DNA of 33,681 nucleotides from a virus (lineage: Duplodnaviria > Caudoviricetes), in the IMG/VR virus record IMGVR_UViG_3300028405_000011, positions 1 to 33,681 of that record, one strand, 5' to 3'. The translations under genes and the position numbers were made by a program. Below, piece after piece: positions 1-8,512 of this stretch (positions within the stretch are counted from its first letter, which is position 1; each line of letters opens with the position of its first letter). Below the pieces are notes generated by a model that saw only the letters and a list, made by a program, of their open reading frames with translations, ran no database searches and was not told the origin of the DNA.

Positions 1-1
1 T

Positions 2-1462
2 ATGCCGAAGCGTAACCTAGTCAGGACAATAGTAAGCGGCGACGAACTGCAGCAAAAGATCAAGTCTGGTATCGATCAGATCTACGAAGTAGCACTGGCC
101 TCATATGGTGTGAGCTCAGGCAACGTGCTGATCGAGCACCGCTATGGTGAACCACTCGTATCGCACGATGGTATCACAAACATCGGTAAGCTCGTGCTGG
201 CCGATCCTATCGAGAACTCTGCAGTGTCGATCGTACGCCAGGCATCTGAGAAAACGAACCGAGATGCTGGTGACTCCACTACTCTCACCGTCGTGCTCAC
301 GAAGCTGGCCTACGATTACTGGTCACAATTTTCAGCACCGCCTCGTATCGTCCAGGCACGTATGCTGAACTTCGCAGAGTCAGTACGTAAAGACATCAAC
401 GAGAAAAGTATTTCCGTCAATGAAGTCACGCTGAACGGTGTGGCTCGTATCTCTGCAGGTGATCGAGCACTGGGTGATCTTGTGCACGATGCAGTTGCCA
501 AGGTTGGCGGCCTGGGTGGTGTCACGGTGATCGAAGTGGCCGAGCCGTCTATATCATCTGAAGAGATCGCAGGTTTTACATTTAAGAAAGGCCTCAAGGC
601 GATCGCCCTGGCTAATGATATGCAGGCCATCAAGTCTCGATACGACGAACCAGCGATCGTGATAATGAGCAAGCTGCTATCCAAGAACGACGAGATCATA
701 CCAGTCCTGGATAAGGTTATGCGTGCTGGCCACTCGAAGATCGTACTGATCGCCGACGTATCAGGCCAGGCACTCGAGACAATCATCTCGAACAAGATCA
801 GTGGTGCCATCGATATAGCGATCGTCGAGCCTCCTATGGTTGATCGTGATATTTTCCTGAACGACATTGCAGCGTACTCATCCACGAAGCAGTACTCAGG
901 ATCTGCAGACGACTTCGATGTTGAACAGTTCGTCGGTACGGCCGAGTCGGTGTACGTAACATTATCTGAAACTACGATCAATGGCGTGAAAGACACTGAA
1001 GCATTCGAGGCATACATCAAAGACGTTACTGATAAGAAGCGACTCGATCAGCTGAACGGCAAGACTGTGAAGATCTCTGTGGGTGCACCTACGCAGGCTG
1101 AACGACAGGAACTGAAGCTACGTGTAGAAGATGCCGTTTGTGCCGCACAGACTGCCCAGGAGCACGGTGTGCTGCCAGGAGGTGGTGTATTCTTACGTGA
1201 CTATCGGCCAGACGAAGAGATCGCCTACCTAGGCACGCCGTACGAGCTGCTAACTGCAGGCGTTCCAGGCATCGATACGAAACGCCTGAAGAAAGGTGTC
1301 GGCATCGATATATTCAACGGCACCATCATCGATGATATGGTCGCTGCAGGCATCGTAGACAGTGCCAAGGCCATCGAAGAAGCCGTGATCAACTCACACT
1401 CAGCTGCAGCACAACTCATCTCACTACGCCTGGCTCTGCCGTACGTAGAGGATATGGAATAG
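2..1462 (+). CDS. groEL: Phage-encoded GroEL/Cpn60-like chaperonin (divergent)
   Basis: Motifs NVLIE..YGEPLVSHDGIT, ASEKTNRDAGDSTT (canonical GDGTT), ISVGAPTQAERQELKLRVEDA, GVLPGGG and AGIVDSAK are collinear with Cpn60; no GGM tail. Confidence 0.93.
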   Translation: MPKRNLVRTIVSGDELQQKIKSGIDQIYEVALASYGVSSGNVLIEHRYGEPLVSHDGITNIGKLVLADPIENSAVSIVRQASEKTNRDAGDSTTLTVVLTKLAYDYWSQFSAPPRIVQARMLNFAESVRKDINEKSISVNEVTLNGVARISAGDRALGDLVHDAVAKVGGLGGVTVIEVAEPSISSEEIAGFTFKKGLKAIALANDMQAIKSRYDEPAIVIMSKLLSKNDEIIPVLDKVMRAGHSKIVLIADVSGQALETIISNKISGAIDIAIVEPPMVDRDIFLNDIAAYSSTKQYSGSADDFDVEQFVGTAESVYVTLSETTINGVKDTEAFEAYIKDVTDKKRLDQLNGKTVKISVGAPTQAERQELKLRVEDAVCAAQTAQEHGVLPGGGVFLRDYRPDEEIAYLGTPYELLTAGVPGIDTKRLKKGVGIDIFNGTIIDDMVAAGIVDSAKAIEEAVINSHSAAAQLISLRLALPYVEDME

Positions 1463-1465
1463 CAT

Positions 1466-1774
1466 ATGATCGAAGCACTACTCATACTACTGATATTCAA
1501 CGTACTAGGGATGGGGATCAGCCTGGCCTACAATATCCAAAAAGCGGCCGAGAAGATCGCCAATTCAAACGGTGCCGTACTTGATCGCCTGGACGAGATC
1601 CAGGGTGAGGTGAAGAAAAAAGGAACCGTGACACCACCATTTGAAGCAGCGAACAAAACGCACACGCCAGGAGCATCGGGAAGCCATATAATTATAAGAA
1701 AAAGTCCTGATCAAATCCGCAACGAAAACTTTGAAGCCATCAAAAATGGCGGCAAGTACGGCCAGGCTGAATAA
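1466..1774 (+). CDS. Hypothetical protein with N-terminal transmembrane helix
   Basis: Starts 3 nt after the groEL stop; hydrophobic MIEALLILLIFNVLGMGISLAY. Confidence 0.75.
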   Translation: MIEALLILLIFNVLGMGISLAYNIQKAAEKIANSNGAVLDRLDEIQGEVKKKGTVTPPFEAANKTHTPGASGSHIIIRKSPDQIRNENFEAIKNGGKYGQAE

Positions 1775-2010
1775 TGGGCGTGATACGTGATGGCAAGTTT
1801 TACGCCGACGAGAGTATGGTGCCGCAGCAACGCAGCACGACACTTGACGGCATCGCCCAGGGTGGCCGCATCGATCGTGAGTATGAGAACCACGCACACG
1901 ATCTGATCCAGCCACATAACCCAGACGGCACGCCGAACGAGTCCTTTATTGATTACTACCCAGAAGATGCAAAAAACCACGGGATGATCCCAGAAAGTGA
2001 GCAGGAATGA
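1774..2010 (+). CDS. Hypothetical phage protein
   Basis: TAATG coupling to the upstream gene and ATGA overlap with the next gene. Confidence 0.75.
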   Translation: MGVIRDGKFYADESMVPQQRSTTLDGIAQGGRIDREYENHAHDLIQPHNPDGTPNESFIDYYPEDAKNHGMIPESEQE

Positions 2011-2354
2011 TTGCCAAGAAAAAACGCCCAGAGGGTATACCAGAGGACTTTGAAGAGATCCGCATTAAAAACTTCCAGGGTGATACGATCGTTGAAGTAC
2101 TGTCACTATCGACTGGCCTCGATATGGCGATCAATGGAATAAACCCAGGAGAGATCACTAAAAAAGCCAAGGCTGCACTGTCTGATCTGATCGCACAATC
2201 TTATGGGCTGATGGCATACCGCCGTGCTCTGGCGATCCTGCAGGATGAGGGCATAGCAAAAAGCGAAGCCGTGGTGTCCGACTTCGCTTATCGTTTTGAT
2301 CTACCAGATGAAGATCACGATGATCTTGTAATTTACTACAAGTTCCAGTCGTAG
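2007..2354 (+). CDS. Hypothetical phage protein
   Basis: ATGA overlap; last gene before a terminator hairpin. Confidence 0.75.
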   Translation: MIAKKKRPEGIPEDFEEIRIKNFQGDTIVEVLSLSTGLDMAINGINPGEITKKAKAALSDLIAQSYGLMAYRRALAILQDEGIAKSEAVVSDFAYRFDLPDEDHDDLVIYYKFQS

Positions 2355-2379
2355 CTAATACCATCAGTAGGAGTGTATG

Positions 2380-2408
2380 GGGGCATTGTCCATAATGGTG
2401 CCCCTTTT
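2380..2408 (+). terminator. Intrinsic terminator of the groEL operon
   Basis: GGGGCATT-N9-GGTGCCCC stem followed by TTTT, between convergent genes. Confidence 0.65.
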
Positions 2409-2421
2409 CTCATTCGTTTAC

Positions 2422-2799
2422 TCATAGATTTTCTCTGTACTTTCCGTTAGTGTACATCGTCCAGGCGTTGAAGCCGTCGCTATCCCACTTCGCACGTTCC
2501 TGGAATACTCGATATGCAATTCTAATGTTAGTGGCCAGATCGTTCACATCATCGCCAGCGGCGTAGTGCAGGCAGCCGACCTGGAACACTCCATAGCTAC
2601 CAACACATATCACTGATCCATCAGCTCGCCTGTGTGTCTCTGATGATGTTAAGTTGTGGTTCAGGGGGCTGCAGCTTTGGTTCTCTGCACCTGCAACCGC
2701 CATTGCTATGGTATGATCCCAGCCAGGGTATTTCTGGATCTCGCTAAATACGAGATCACATCCTGATAAAACAGGAGCGGCAACCTTTGCAGGTGCCAC
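2422..2799 (-). CDS. Lytic transglycosylase (SLT/lysozyme-like) domain; possibly the C-terminal part of a frameshift fusion
   Basis: AMAVAGAEN (catalytic Glu), GSYGVFQV, NIRIAYRVF and GFNAWTMY motifs; GTG start has no SD. Confidence 0.8.
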   Translation of the reverse strand: MAPAKVAAPVLSGCDLVFSEIQKYPGWDHTIAMAVAGAENQSCSPLNHNLTSSETHRRADGSVICVGSYGVFQVGCLHYAAGDDVNDLATNIRIAYRVFQERAKWDSDGFNAWTMYTNGKYRENL

Positions 2800-2813
2800 C
2801 GCTGGTGCTGATG

Positions 2814-3077
2814 CTATTTCTTCGCTGACTGGGGTTCGGCTTTTAACTGTTCGGCCACTTCAATACGAACTACATTGTCGGTGCGACTTGAGAACGTATT
2901 TGATACTGTACCGTACCAGCCAAGGCCGAGGCCAACGAACAAGGATAGCAGGATTACTGCAGCCATTGCTTTGTTGCGGTCAGATTTACGAGTATACAGA
3001 TCGTCGATTGCTCGTCGAGTCTTCTCGTCTGCTTTGTAAATTACATTGATATTGTCGTTTTGCTTTCGCTTAAACAT
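2814..3077 (-). CDS. Single-pass membrane protein (start probably ATG 3077, not 3113)
   Basis: TM segment AMAAVILLSLFVGLGLGWYG; purine-rich AAAAGAAAGGG just upstream of ATG 3077. Confidence 0.75.
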   Translation of the reverse strand: MFKRKQNDNINVIYKADEKTRRAIDDLYTRKSDRNKAMAAVILLSLFVGLGLGWYGTVSNTFSSRTDNVVRIEVAEQLKAEPQSAKK

Positions 3078-3133
3078 TTTAACCCTTTCTTTTACTATTG
3101 TAGGTAGTTTCATAATTGATTACCCTACTCAGC

Positions 3134-3162
3134 AGTATAGCACAACGCTTGTGCATTGTCAA
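3134..3162 (-). promoter_or_regulatory. Sigma70-type promoter with operator-like spacer
   Basis: TTGACA-17 nt-TATACT; spacer ATGCACAAGCGTTGTGC contains the inverted repeat GCACAA/TTGTGC. Confidence 0.85.
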
Positions 3163-3362
3163 TAGGCTTGAGCATCCTTTCGTTTCTTGCCCCTAGTGGG
3201 GCTTTCACTTTCATATAGTCTAAACTTGATCAGCCAGTTCCTGGCCGTATTGTGTGACACATCAAGATCTTCAGCGACCGCACGAAGCGGTTGCCTCACG
3301 CCATCCCTCCAATATGCTGCGATAAGTCGGTTGCGACTCATCGGGATCTTTCGATATGCCAT
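3159..3362 (-). CDS. Small helix-turn-helix DNA-binding protein
   Basis: LRAVAEDLDVSHNTARNWL HTH pattern; basic tail. Confidence 0.75.
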   Translation of the reverse strand: MAYRKIPMSRNRLIAAYWRDGVRQPLRAVAEDLDVSHNTARNWLIKFRLYESESPTRGKKRKDAQAY

Positions 3363-3368
3363 AACCCC

Positions 3369-3377
3369 AGTATAGCA
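3369..3377 (-). promoter_or_regulatory. Extended -10 promoter (TGcTATACT), probably giving a leaderless HTH mRNA
   Basis: TGn-TATACT 6 nt before ATG 3362; no SD. Confidence 0.55.
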
Positions 3378-3401
3378 AAAACCCCACTTTTCAGTGGGGT
3401 T
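3377..3401 (-). terminator. Intrinsic terminator after the major capsid gene
   Basis: AACCCCACT-GAAA-AGTGGGGTT stem running into a T-tract. Confidence 0.85.
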
Positions 3402-3425
3402 GATATTGCTTGCTCAGATTGAGAC

Positions 3426-4505
3426 TTAGGCGATCGCTGTGATACCAGTGATCTTACCTTGGCGGCGTGGGCTGCGGCAGATAAGGTTTCCTAGTACGAT
3501 CAAGGCACCGATTTCACCGAACTGGTTTACTGGGCTCATAAAGTCACGTAGCTGTAGGAAGCTAGGCATCTCGATGTCCTTGTATACACCCTCAGTGACT
3601 TCGTTACGAGAACCTACGCTCTTGAGATCAGGCGAAGTCAATCGGCGGAACTCGAGGTAGTTTTCGTTGAGCCAGAAGAATGAACCAGCAGGGGCTTTGT
3701 CGTCGGCGACAACAGGTTTACCACGGTAGCTGATAGCATCGACACCGAGTGCACCCTTGAGTGCAGTTGCAGGAACTGATGTACCTACAGGAGTCTTGCC
3801 GCTAACACGATTGTAACCAGTGACAGTCGTTGCTGAGTACTGTGATTGAAGTTTACCGTTAAGGATCTTCTCGAACATACTCCACACTGCTTTAGTTGTG
3901 AGTGCTAGTGTCGGTGCTTCTTGGCCTGAACCAGCTGCACTTACGTTGTCAAACTCTGCACTAACTAGATCGAGTGTCAAGTTACCACCAGATGCTGCTG
4001 TTACGTCTGCATTTACTGCAGGTAGATCAGCACGGTTAATACCACCGTATGCAGATGTAGCTGTACCGTTATCAACGATAAGTCCAAGACCCTCGATGTC
4101 TTTACCGATACCGTAGCCGTAAAGGAGGTCGCCGAGAGAGTCAGCTAGGCTGTTCTTCGCTTCGTCCATACGAGTTGCTACAAGGCTGAGTACTTGCTTT
4201 TCACTGTTACCGTTTACTGCTTTTTCGATGCCTGGAACTACAACGCTTTGCTCGTATGCTTTAACGTACCACGTTAGGCTCCGAGTGTTGTTAGTTGCTG
4301 AAGTGTCAAAAGTATCAAGACCGTCGAATGAACCACCAGTCGTCGAATTGGCGATAGTGATTGGCTGGCTAACAGTTACACCTTTCCAGTTCTTCGGTTG
4401 GGAAGTTACACGTGCGGTAAAGATATTTGAGTTGTTCACGAAGTCTACAATCGACGGCAAAATGTCTTTGTACGTGATCTCTTTTACTCTATCGGTAAAA
4501 ACCAT
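3426..4505 (-). CDS. Major capsid protein
   Basis: 359 aa; coat-protein-like pattern (ILPSIVDFV, GGSFDGLDTFDTS, GLGLIVD, YGGINR, GKPVVAD, RRQGKITGI); AAGGAG SD; strong terminator downstream. Confidence 0.88.
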   Translation of the reverse strand: MVFTDRVKEITYKDILPSIVDFVNNSNIFTARVTSQPKNWKGVTVSQPITIANSTTGGSFDGLDTFDTSATNNTRSLTWYVKAYEQSVVVPGIEKAVNGNSEKQVLSLVATRMDEAKNSLADSLGDLLYGYGIGKDIEGLGLIVDNGTATSAYGGINRADLPAVNADVTAASGGNLTLDLVSAEFDNVSAAGSGQEAPTLALTTKAVWSMFEKILNGKLQSQYSATTVTGYNRVSGKTPVGTSVPATALKGALGVDAISYRGKPVVADDKAPAGSFFWLNENYLEFRRLTSPDLKSVGSRNEVTEGVYKDIEMPSFLQLRDFMSPVNQFGEIGALIVLGNLICRSPRRQGKITGITAIA

Positions 4506-4540
4506 ATTGTGCTCCTTATACTTTAATGTCTTACATATGT

Positions 4541-4549
4541 ATCATAGCA
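4541..4549 (-). promoter_or_regulatory. Extended -10 promoter (TGcTATGAT) for the capsid gene
   Basis: TGn-TATGAT in an AT-rich gap about 35 nt upstream of the capsid ATG. Confidence 0.55.
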
Positions 4550-4579
4550 GACTATTTTTCAAAAACCCTGGGCGTTTTT

Positions 4580-4831
4580 TTACTTTTTTTTTGCGAGCTG
4601 TGCGTAAAGATCCTGCAGCATAGGAGTACCGCCGCCACCAGTGTTACGGATCTTGATATTATCACGGCCAGACAACTTGCGAAGATCTTGAGTTTTGAAC
4701 GCTTCGTCGATATTGCCCATACTCTGCATAGCTTTTTGCTTCATTACGCCAGGGCTCATCGTGTGGCCGAGGCCGTTATATATTGATGAGCTTGCTTTCT
4801 TCAGTAAGTTCGATAGTATACCGCCACCCAT
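4580..4831 (-). CDS. Small putative internal virion protein
   Basis: TAATG coupling; N-terminus MGGGILSNLLKK resembles those of the two upstream genes. Confidence 0.65.
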   Translation of the reverse strand: MGGGILSNLLKKASSSIYNGLGHTMSPGVMKQKAMQSMGNIDEAFKTQDLRKLSGRDNIKIRNTGGGGTPMLQDLYAQLAKKK

Positions 4832-5667
4832 TATTGTTCTCCCATCGCCGCCTGCAGCGTTAATCTATTTGCCAAGCCCTCACCATACCCTGGTGATTGT
4901 TGCATCGGTTGTTTATTCAATGGTACCACGGATGGTGCTCGAGACGGTTGTGCTACTGGTGCCGACGGCTGCGATAAGTTGCGTACAGGTATCTGATGAT
5001 TGCTAGGGATATACTTGATCACCGACTCTGGAACCGAGTAGCTGATGTCGTTGCGGTTGATCTTGAAGTTCTGCATACCAGTTTGCTGCGGTGCTTTTAC
5101 ATCGATCTGAGTCACCTTGCTTTTCGGGATCTGCACGTTCTTCATATACCACTGCAGGTCACGCTTCGATGGCTGGAATGGCTCAGGATCTGGTGCGTAC
5201 ATCGCTTTCTCAGCCTCGAGATCTTTCTGCACTTGAGTGAGGAACTCAGGATCGTTTCGCCGCTCTGAGAGTAGCTGCTTGTTCGCCCTGGCCTTTGATC
5301 GTGATCCGAGTTCACCCTGGACAGACTCCACGAACTGATCAATGTCGTCATATCCAGCCATCGAAGCAAGCTGATCGATGTCCTGGCGGCCAGTGGATCG
5401 CTTGTACTTCGTAGGGATGTCTTCAGTGTGGCCAAAATAACGCTTCAGATCTTCTACGTGCATCCTAGGTATCTGGCTGGATCCACCCTCGCCGAGCATA
5501 TTGCCAGTCATATTAGTGTGAAAAAGATCTGGGCTTTCGTTGTACAGTCTATGGTTTACGGCCGTCTTTAGTTCTTTTCCTGCACTCTTATAATTCAACA
5601 AGCCACCGAGTACCGATGGCTCGTCTAGTTGTTTTGCAAGTATCTTACCGAGAATGCCGCCGTTCAC
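4831..5667 (-). CDS. Putative internal virion/ejection-associated protein
   Basis: GGAG SD plus GTG start; N-terminus MNGGILGKILAK; position in the virion module. Confidence 0.65.
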   Translation of the reverse strand: MNGGILGKILAKQLDEPSVLGGLLNYKSAGKELKTAVNHRLYNESPDLFHTNMTGNMLGEGGSSQIPRMHVEDLKRYFGHTEDIPTKYKRSTGRQDIDQLASMAGYDDIDQFVESVQGELGSRSKARANKQLLSERRNDPEFLTQVQKDLEAEKAMYAPDPEPFQPSKRDLQWYMKNVQIPKSKVTQIDVKAPQQTGMQNFKINRNDISYSVPESVIKYIPSNHQIPVRNLSQPSAPVAQPSRAPSVVPLNKQPMQQSPGYGEGLANRLTLQAAMGEQ

Positions 5668-5671
5668 GACA

Positions 5672-7600
5672 CTACTCCATCGACTGCAGGCTGCTCATAA
5701 TCATCTGCAGCTTAATTTGTGCCTGTTTAGGGTTGTCGCTGAACGTAGGTAGCATCTTGCGGTAGTTCTCGATGTCTTGGTTTGAAAGTATACCTACTTC
5801 ACCGTTCGCTCGAGCCACGGCAACAGATGCAGCCTGCAGCATATCTTCATATGCAGCCTGGTTCGGGTTATACGCACCGAATGTCGCCTTGTTGAGCAGG
5901 TTTCCTAGTGCACCGATCGGGCCTTGAGCACCACCACCCTGCTCATAAACTGACATACCATTATTCATAGCGTTTATGGCGTTTTGAGCTTTTGCATTGC
6001 TTCCAGCTGTTTTAGTGTCAGCACTACGCTTTTCGGTGTTGTCGAGCATGCCGATCATACTGCCAATTGCATCAGCGGCTTCAGTGTCTCCACCCATCAG
6101 TGCGGCAACGTAAGCATCTTCGAGTTGTGTTCGAGAGTATCCACCGACTGTTGGCTCCTGCTCTTGCTGAGCACCGCCGTTCATCATCATACTCATAGGA
6201 TCGTTTTGATCTTGGCCGCCAGCTAGTGCCGACATACTCATACTAGGATCAGTGCCGCCGTCGTTTGTGAGCATATTGAGTAAGCCATACCCACCGAGTG
6301 CACCAGCACCGTATTTCACTAAGTCTGATCCGCCACCTGGTGCTCCGCCACCTGGTGCTCCGCCTTTTCCTGCCACCTGCAGTGCACGGCCGCCAGCTTG
6401 AAGTGCTTTACCAGTACCAGATGCGATCGGCTTGCCGACGGCTTCATTTGCAACTTGCATCAGTGGGTTTGCGAACAGACCATTTGCCTGGCCGCCGACA
6501 CCACCAGCTAGTGGTGCAATCTTGCCTTGCTCAGCAACTTTGCCGAGAGTCACTGCAGGACTTTGCATCGATCGAATGCCGAGATAGTCAGTACCCTTGC
6601 GGATCGAGTCGATAATATCTTTATTCAACTGAGGTGACAGGTTCGCACCCTCGAGTGCAGCGGTAAGCTCCTGGATGTTATCAGGGTTCTGGTAGATCTC
6701 TTGAGCTGTTTCGTTGATCGTTTTCTTCAGATCGCCAGCGTAGTTTCGTAGGATCCTCTGAGCATCATCTGATCCTTTACCAGTAACTTCGTAGGCCATC
6801 TTCTCGATGTCCTGGACAGTTTTGTGCATATCGAAGATGTCTGCTTCGCCCATTACTACGGCACGTTTTTCGCCACGCTCAGCCAGTCGATTGCCCATAT
6901 TACCAGTAGTGACATCGTATGAGTCGTTGATCGCTCGCTTCAGGTTCTTCTTAACGTGCGGCTTGAGTGTGATCGCTTTATCGACGGCCTTGAGTGCACT
7001 TTCACGTGCAGAGTCTGGCATCAATACGCTGCGTTTTGCGTTCTTCAGTGCGTTGTTGTTGAAGTTCGATAGTACGCCCTCGCCACCTGTAAGGATGTTT
7101 GATACGTCTTCGTACTGGTTTGGGCTGAAGCCGTATTTGTCTGCCCATTTAATAGCATCAGGTGATCGCTCGAGTAGCTTGCGATCTCGTACGGTTCCGA
7201 TGATCTGGTTGTTTTTCAGTTTCGTACCAGCCTCTTCCATATTTTTACCGACGTTACTTACTTTCGCTGCGGCACCTTTATTGCTTCGTAGTGCCATATC
7301 GGTTGCACCCTCTACGGCAAGATTATCAGCGATGTTAGGATTGACTGATCGTGGTGTACTCACTCCGCTCTTCAGCTGAGATAGTACGCCGCCAGACTTC
7401 GATGATACGTTGCTCGTCGGTGCAGACACAAGTGAGCTGAGGATTGGCTGAGATGTATCGTCACCGTAGCTGCTCGAGAGTTTACGTGTGATGTCGTCGC
7501 CGTAGTTCGATACTACACGACTAAGAATATCGTCACCGCCTTGCGATGCGATCTTTGATCCAGATTTTCCGAGTAGTTTACTGAGGACTCCACCAAACAT
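5672..7600 (-). CDS. Putative DNA ejection (pilot) protein
   Basis: 642 aa, Gly/Ala/Gln/Met-rich and helical; no Cys; glycine-zipper-like segments; follows tail genes. Confidence 0.65.
   Translation of the reverse strand: MFGGVLSKLLGKSGSKIASQGGDDILSRVVSNYGDDITRKLSSSYGDDTSQPILSSLVSAPTSNVSSKSGGVLSQLKSGVSTPRSVNPNIADNLAVEGATDMALRSNKGAAAKVSNVGKNMEEAGTKLKNNQIIGTVRDRKLLERSPDAIKWADKYGFSPNQYEDVSNILTGGEGVLSNFNNNALKNAKRSVLMPDSARESALKAVDKAITLKPHVKKNLKRAINDSYDVTTGNMGNRLAERGEKRAVVMGEADIFDMHKTVQDIEKMAYEVTGKGSDDAQRILRNYAGDLKKTINETAQEIYQNPDNIQELTAALEGANLSPQLNKDIIDSIRKGTDYLGIRSMQSPAVTLGKVAEQGKIAPLAGGVGGQANGLFANPLMQVANEAVGKPIASGTGKALQAGGRALQVAGKGGAPGGGAPGGGSDLVKYGAGALGGYGLLNMLTNDGGTDPSMSMSALAGGQDQNDPMSMMMNGGAQQEQEPTVGGYSRTQLEDAYVAALMGGDTEAADAIGSMIGMLDNTEKRSADTKTAGSNAKAQNAINAMNNGMSVYEQGGGAQGPIGALGNLLNKATFGAYNPNQAAYEDMLQAASVAVARANGEVGILSNQDIENYRKMLPTFSDNPKQAQIKLQMIMSSLQSME
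6329..6364. repeat. 15-bp tandem repeat (x2.4) encoding GGAPG-GGAPG
   Basis: TCCGCCACCTGGTGC repeated in frame. Confidence 0.85.
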
Positions 7601-8511
7601 TACATTGCTCCCTGACTTATAAGATAATTATACAACTGTTCTTCCGACATCGTGCCCATACTTTGATCCATAGCTGGCTCCTGGCCACCCTGGTTCATCA
7701 ATGAGTTAATACCGTATGCGGCACCACCACCTGCAGCAACCTTGCCGAGCGTGCTTTTTGGAACGAACGATCGTAGTGCTGAAGAGTACAGTGCTTTGTT
7801 CGGGATCGCACCCATCGTCTGATTGATAGCGTTTTGATCCATACCACGGCTGGCCATACCTTTTGATATTACTTTGGATCCACGGCCTTTGAGCATCTTG
7901 CCTGCTATTGGAATACCACCACCGAATGCGGCACCCATACCAGCCTGGCCGAGAACGTCCTGCAGCTGAGTTTCAGATCCACCCTGGCGTAGTGCTTCCA
8001 GGCCACCGAAGCCTGCACCAGTCGCTGCGAGTCCAGGAACGCTAGTCAATGCCTTGCCGACCTTGCCAGCCTTACCAGCCATACCTATGCCAGGTAAAAA
8101 TGTGAGTGCACTCTCGCCAAGTGCACCGAGATCGCTTGCGAGATCACGACCCTCGTAGTTGCCAGTTATTGCATCCATACCAGCATCGAATGTCTGAGCG
8201 AATGGGTTGAGGATCGCACCGAGTACGCCGTTGCCGAAAAAGTTGTTTTTACCAGCTTTCTCTTCCTGGTTGAACATATCATTTGTCTGAGAGTATTGAT
8301 CGCCCAGGCCTCGAGCGTTCGAGTCGAGTTGGCCGTACTGTTGAGATAGACTTGCTTTCGTCGATGCATCCAGGCTTTCCCAGTCTGCATTAGCGATCTT
8401 GTCGTTGTAGAAGTTTGTCGCTTCATTTTTGGCATTATCGAATTGACCATACAATTTGTTTGTATCGTCATAATTTGTCTGTCGTTTAGATCCGAGTAGC
8501 CAGTCAAACAT
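7600..8511 (-). CDS. Putative ejection protein with glycine-zipper helices (start probably ATG 8511)
   Basis: ATG 1 nt after the upstream stop; GxxxG-rich segments GLAATGAGFGG and GMGAAFGGG. Confidence 0.65.
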   Translation of the reverse strand: MFDWLLGSKRQTNYDDTNKLYGQFDNAKNEATNFYNDKIANADWESLDASTKASLSQQYGQLDSNARGLGDQYSQTNDMFNQEEKAGKNNFFGNGVLGAILNPFAQTFDAGMDAITGNYEGRDLASDLGALGESALTFLPGIGMAGKAGKVGKALTSVPGLAATGAGFGGLEALRQGGSETQLQDVLGQAGMGAAFGGGIPIAGKMLKGRGSKVISKGMASRGMDQNAINQTMGAIPNKALYSSALRSFVPKSTLGKVAAGGGAAYGINSLMNQGGQEPAMDQSMGTMSEEQLYNYLISQGAM

Positions 8512-8512
8512 C

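Noticed and set aside
1466-1774. 102-aa gene after groEL as GroES
   Set aside because: The size fits, but it has an N-terminal TM helix and lacks the PLxDRV and mobile-loop pattern
4555-4592. A/T runs upstream of the capsid gene as a terminator
   Set aside because: The stem is weak; more likely an AT-rich upstream promoter element
5672-7600. 642-aa Gly/Ala-rich protein as a tape measure protein
   Set aside because: No tail tube or tail chaperone genes are seen; the adaptor/nozzle context fits ejection proteins
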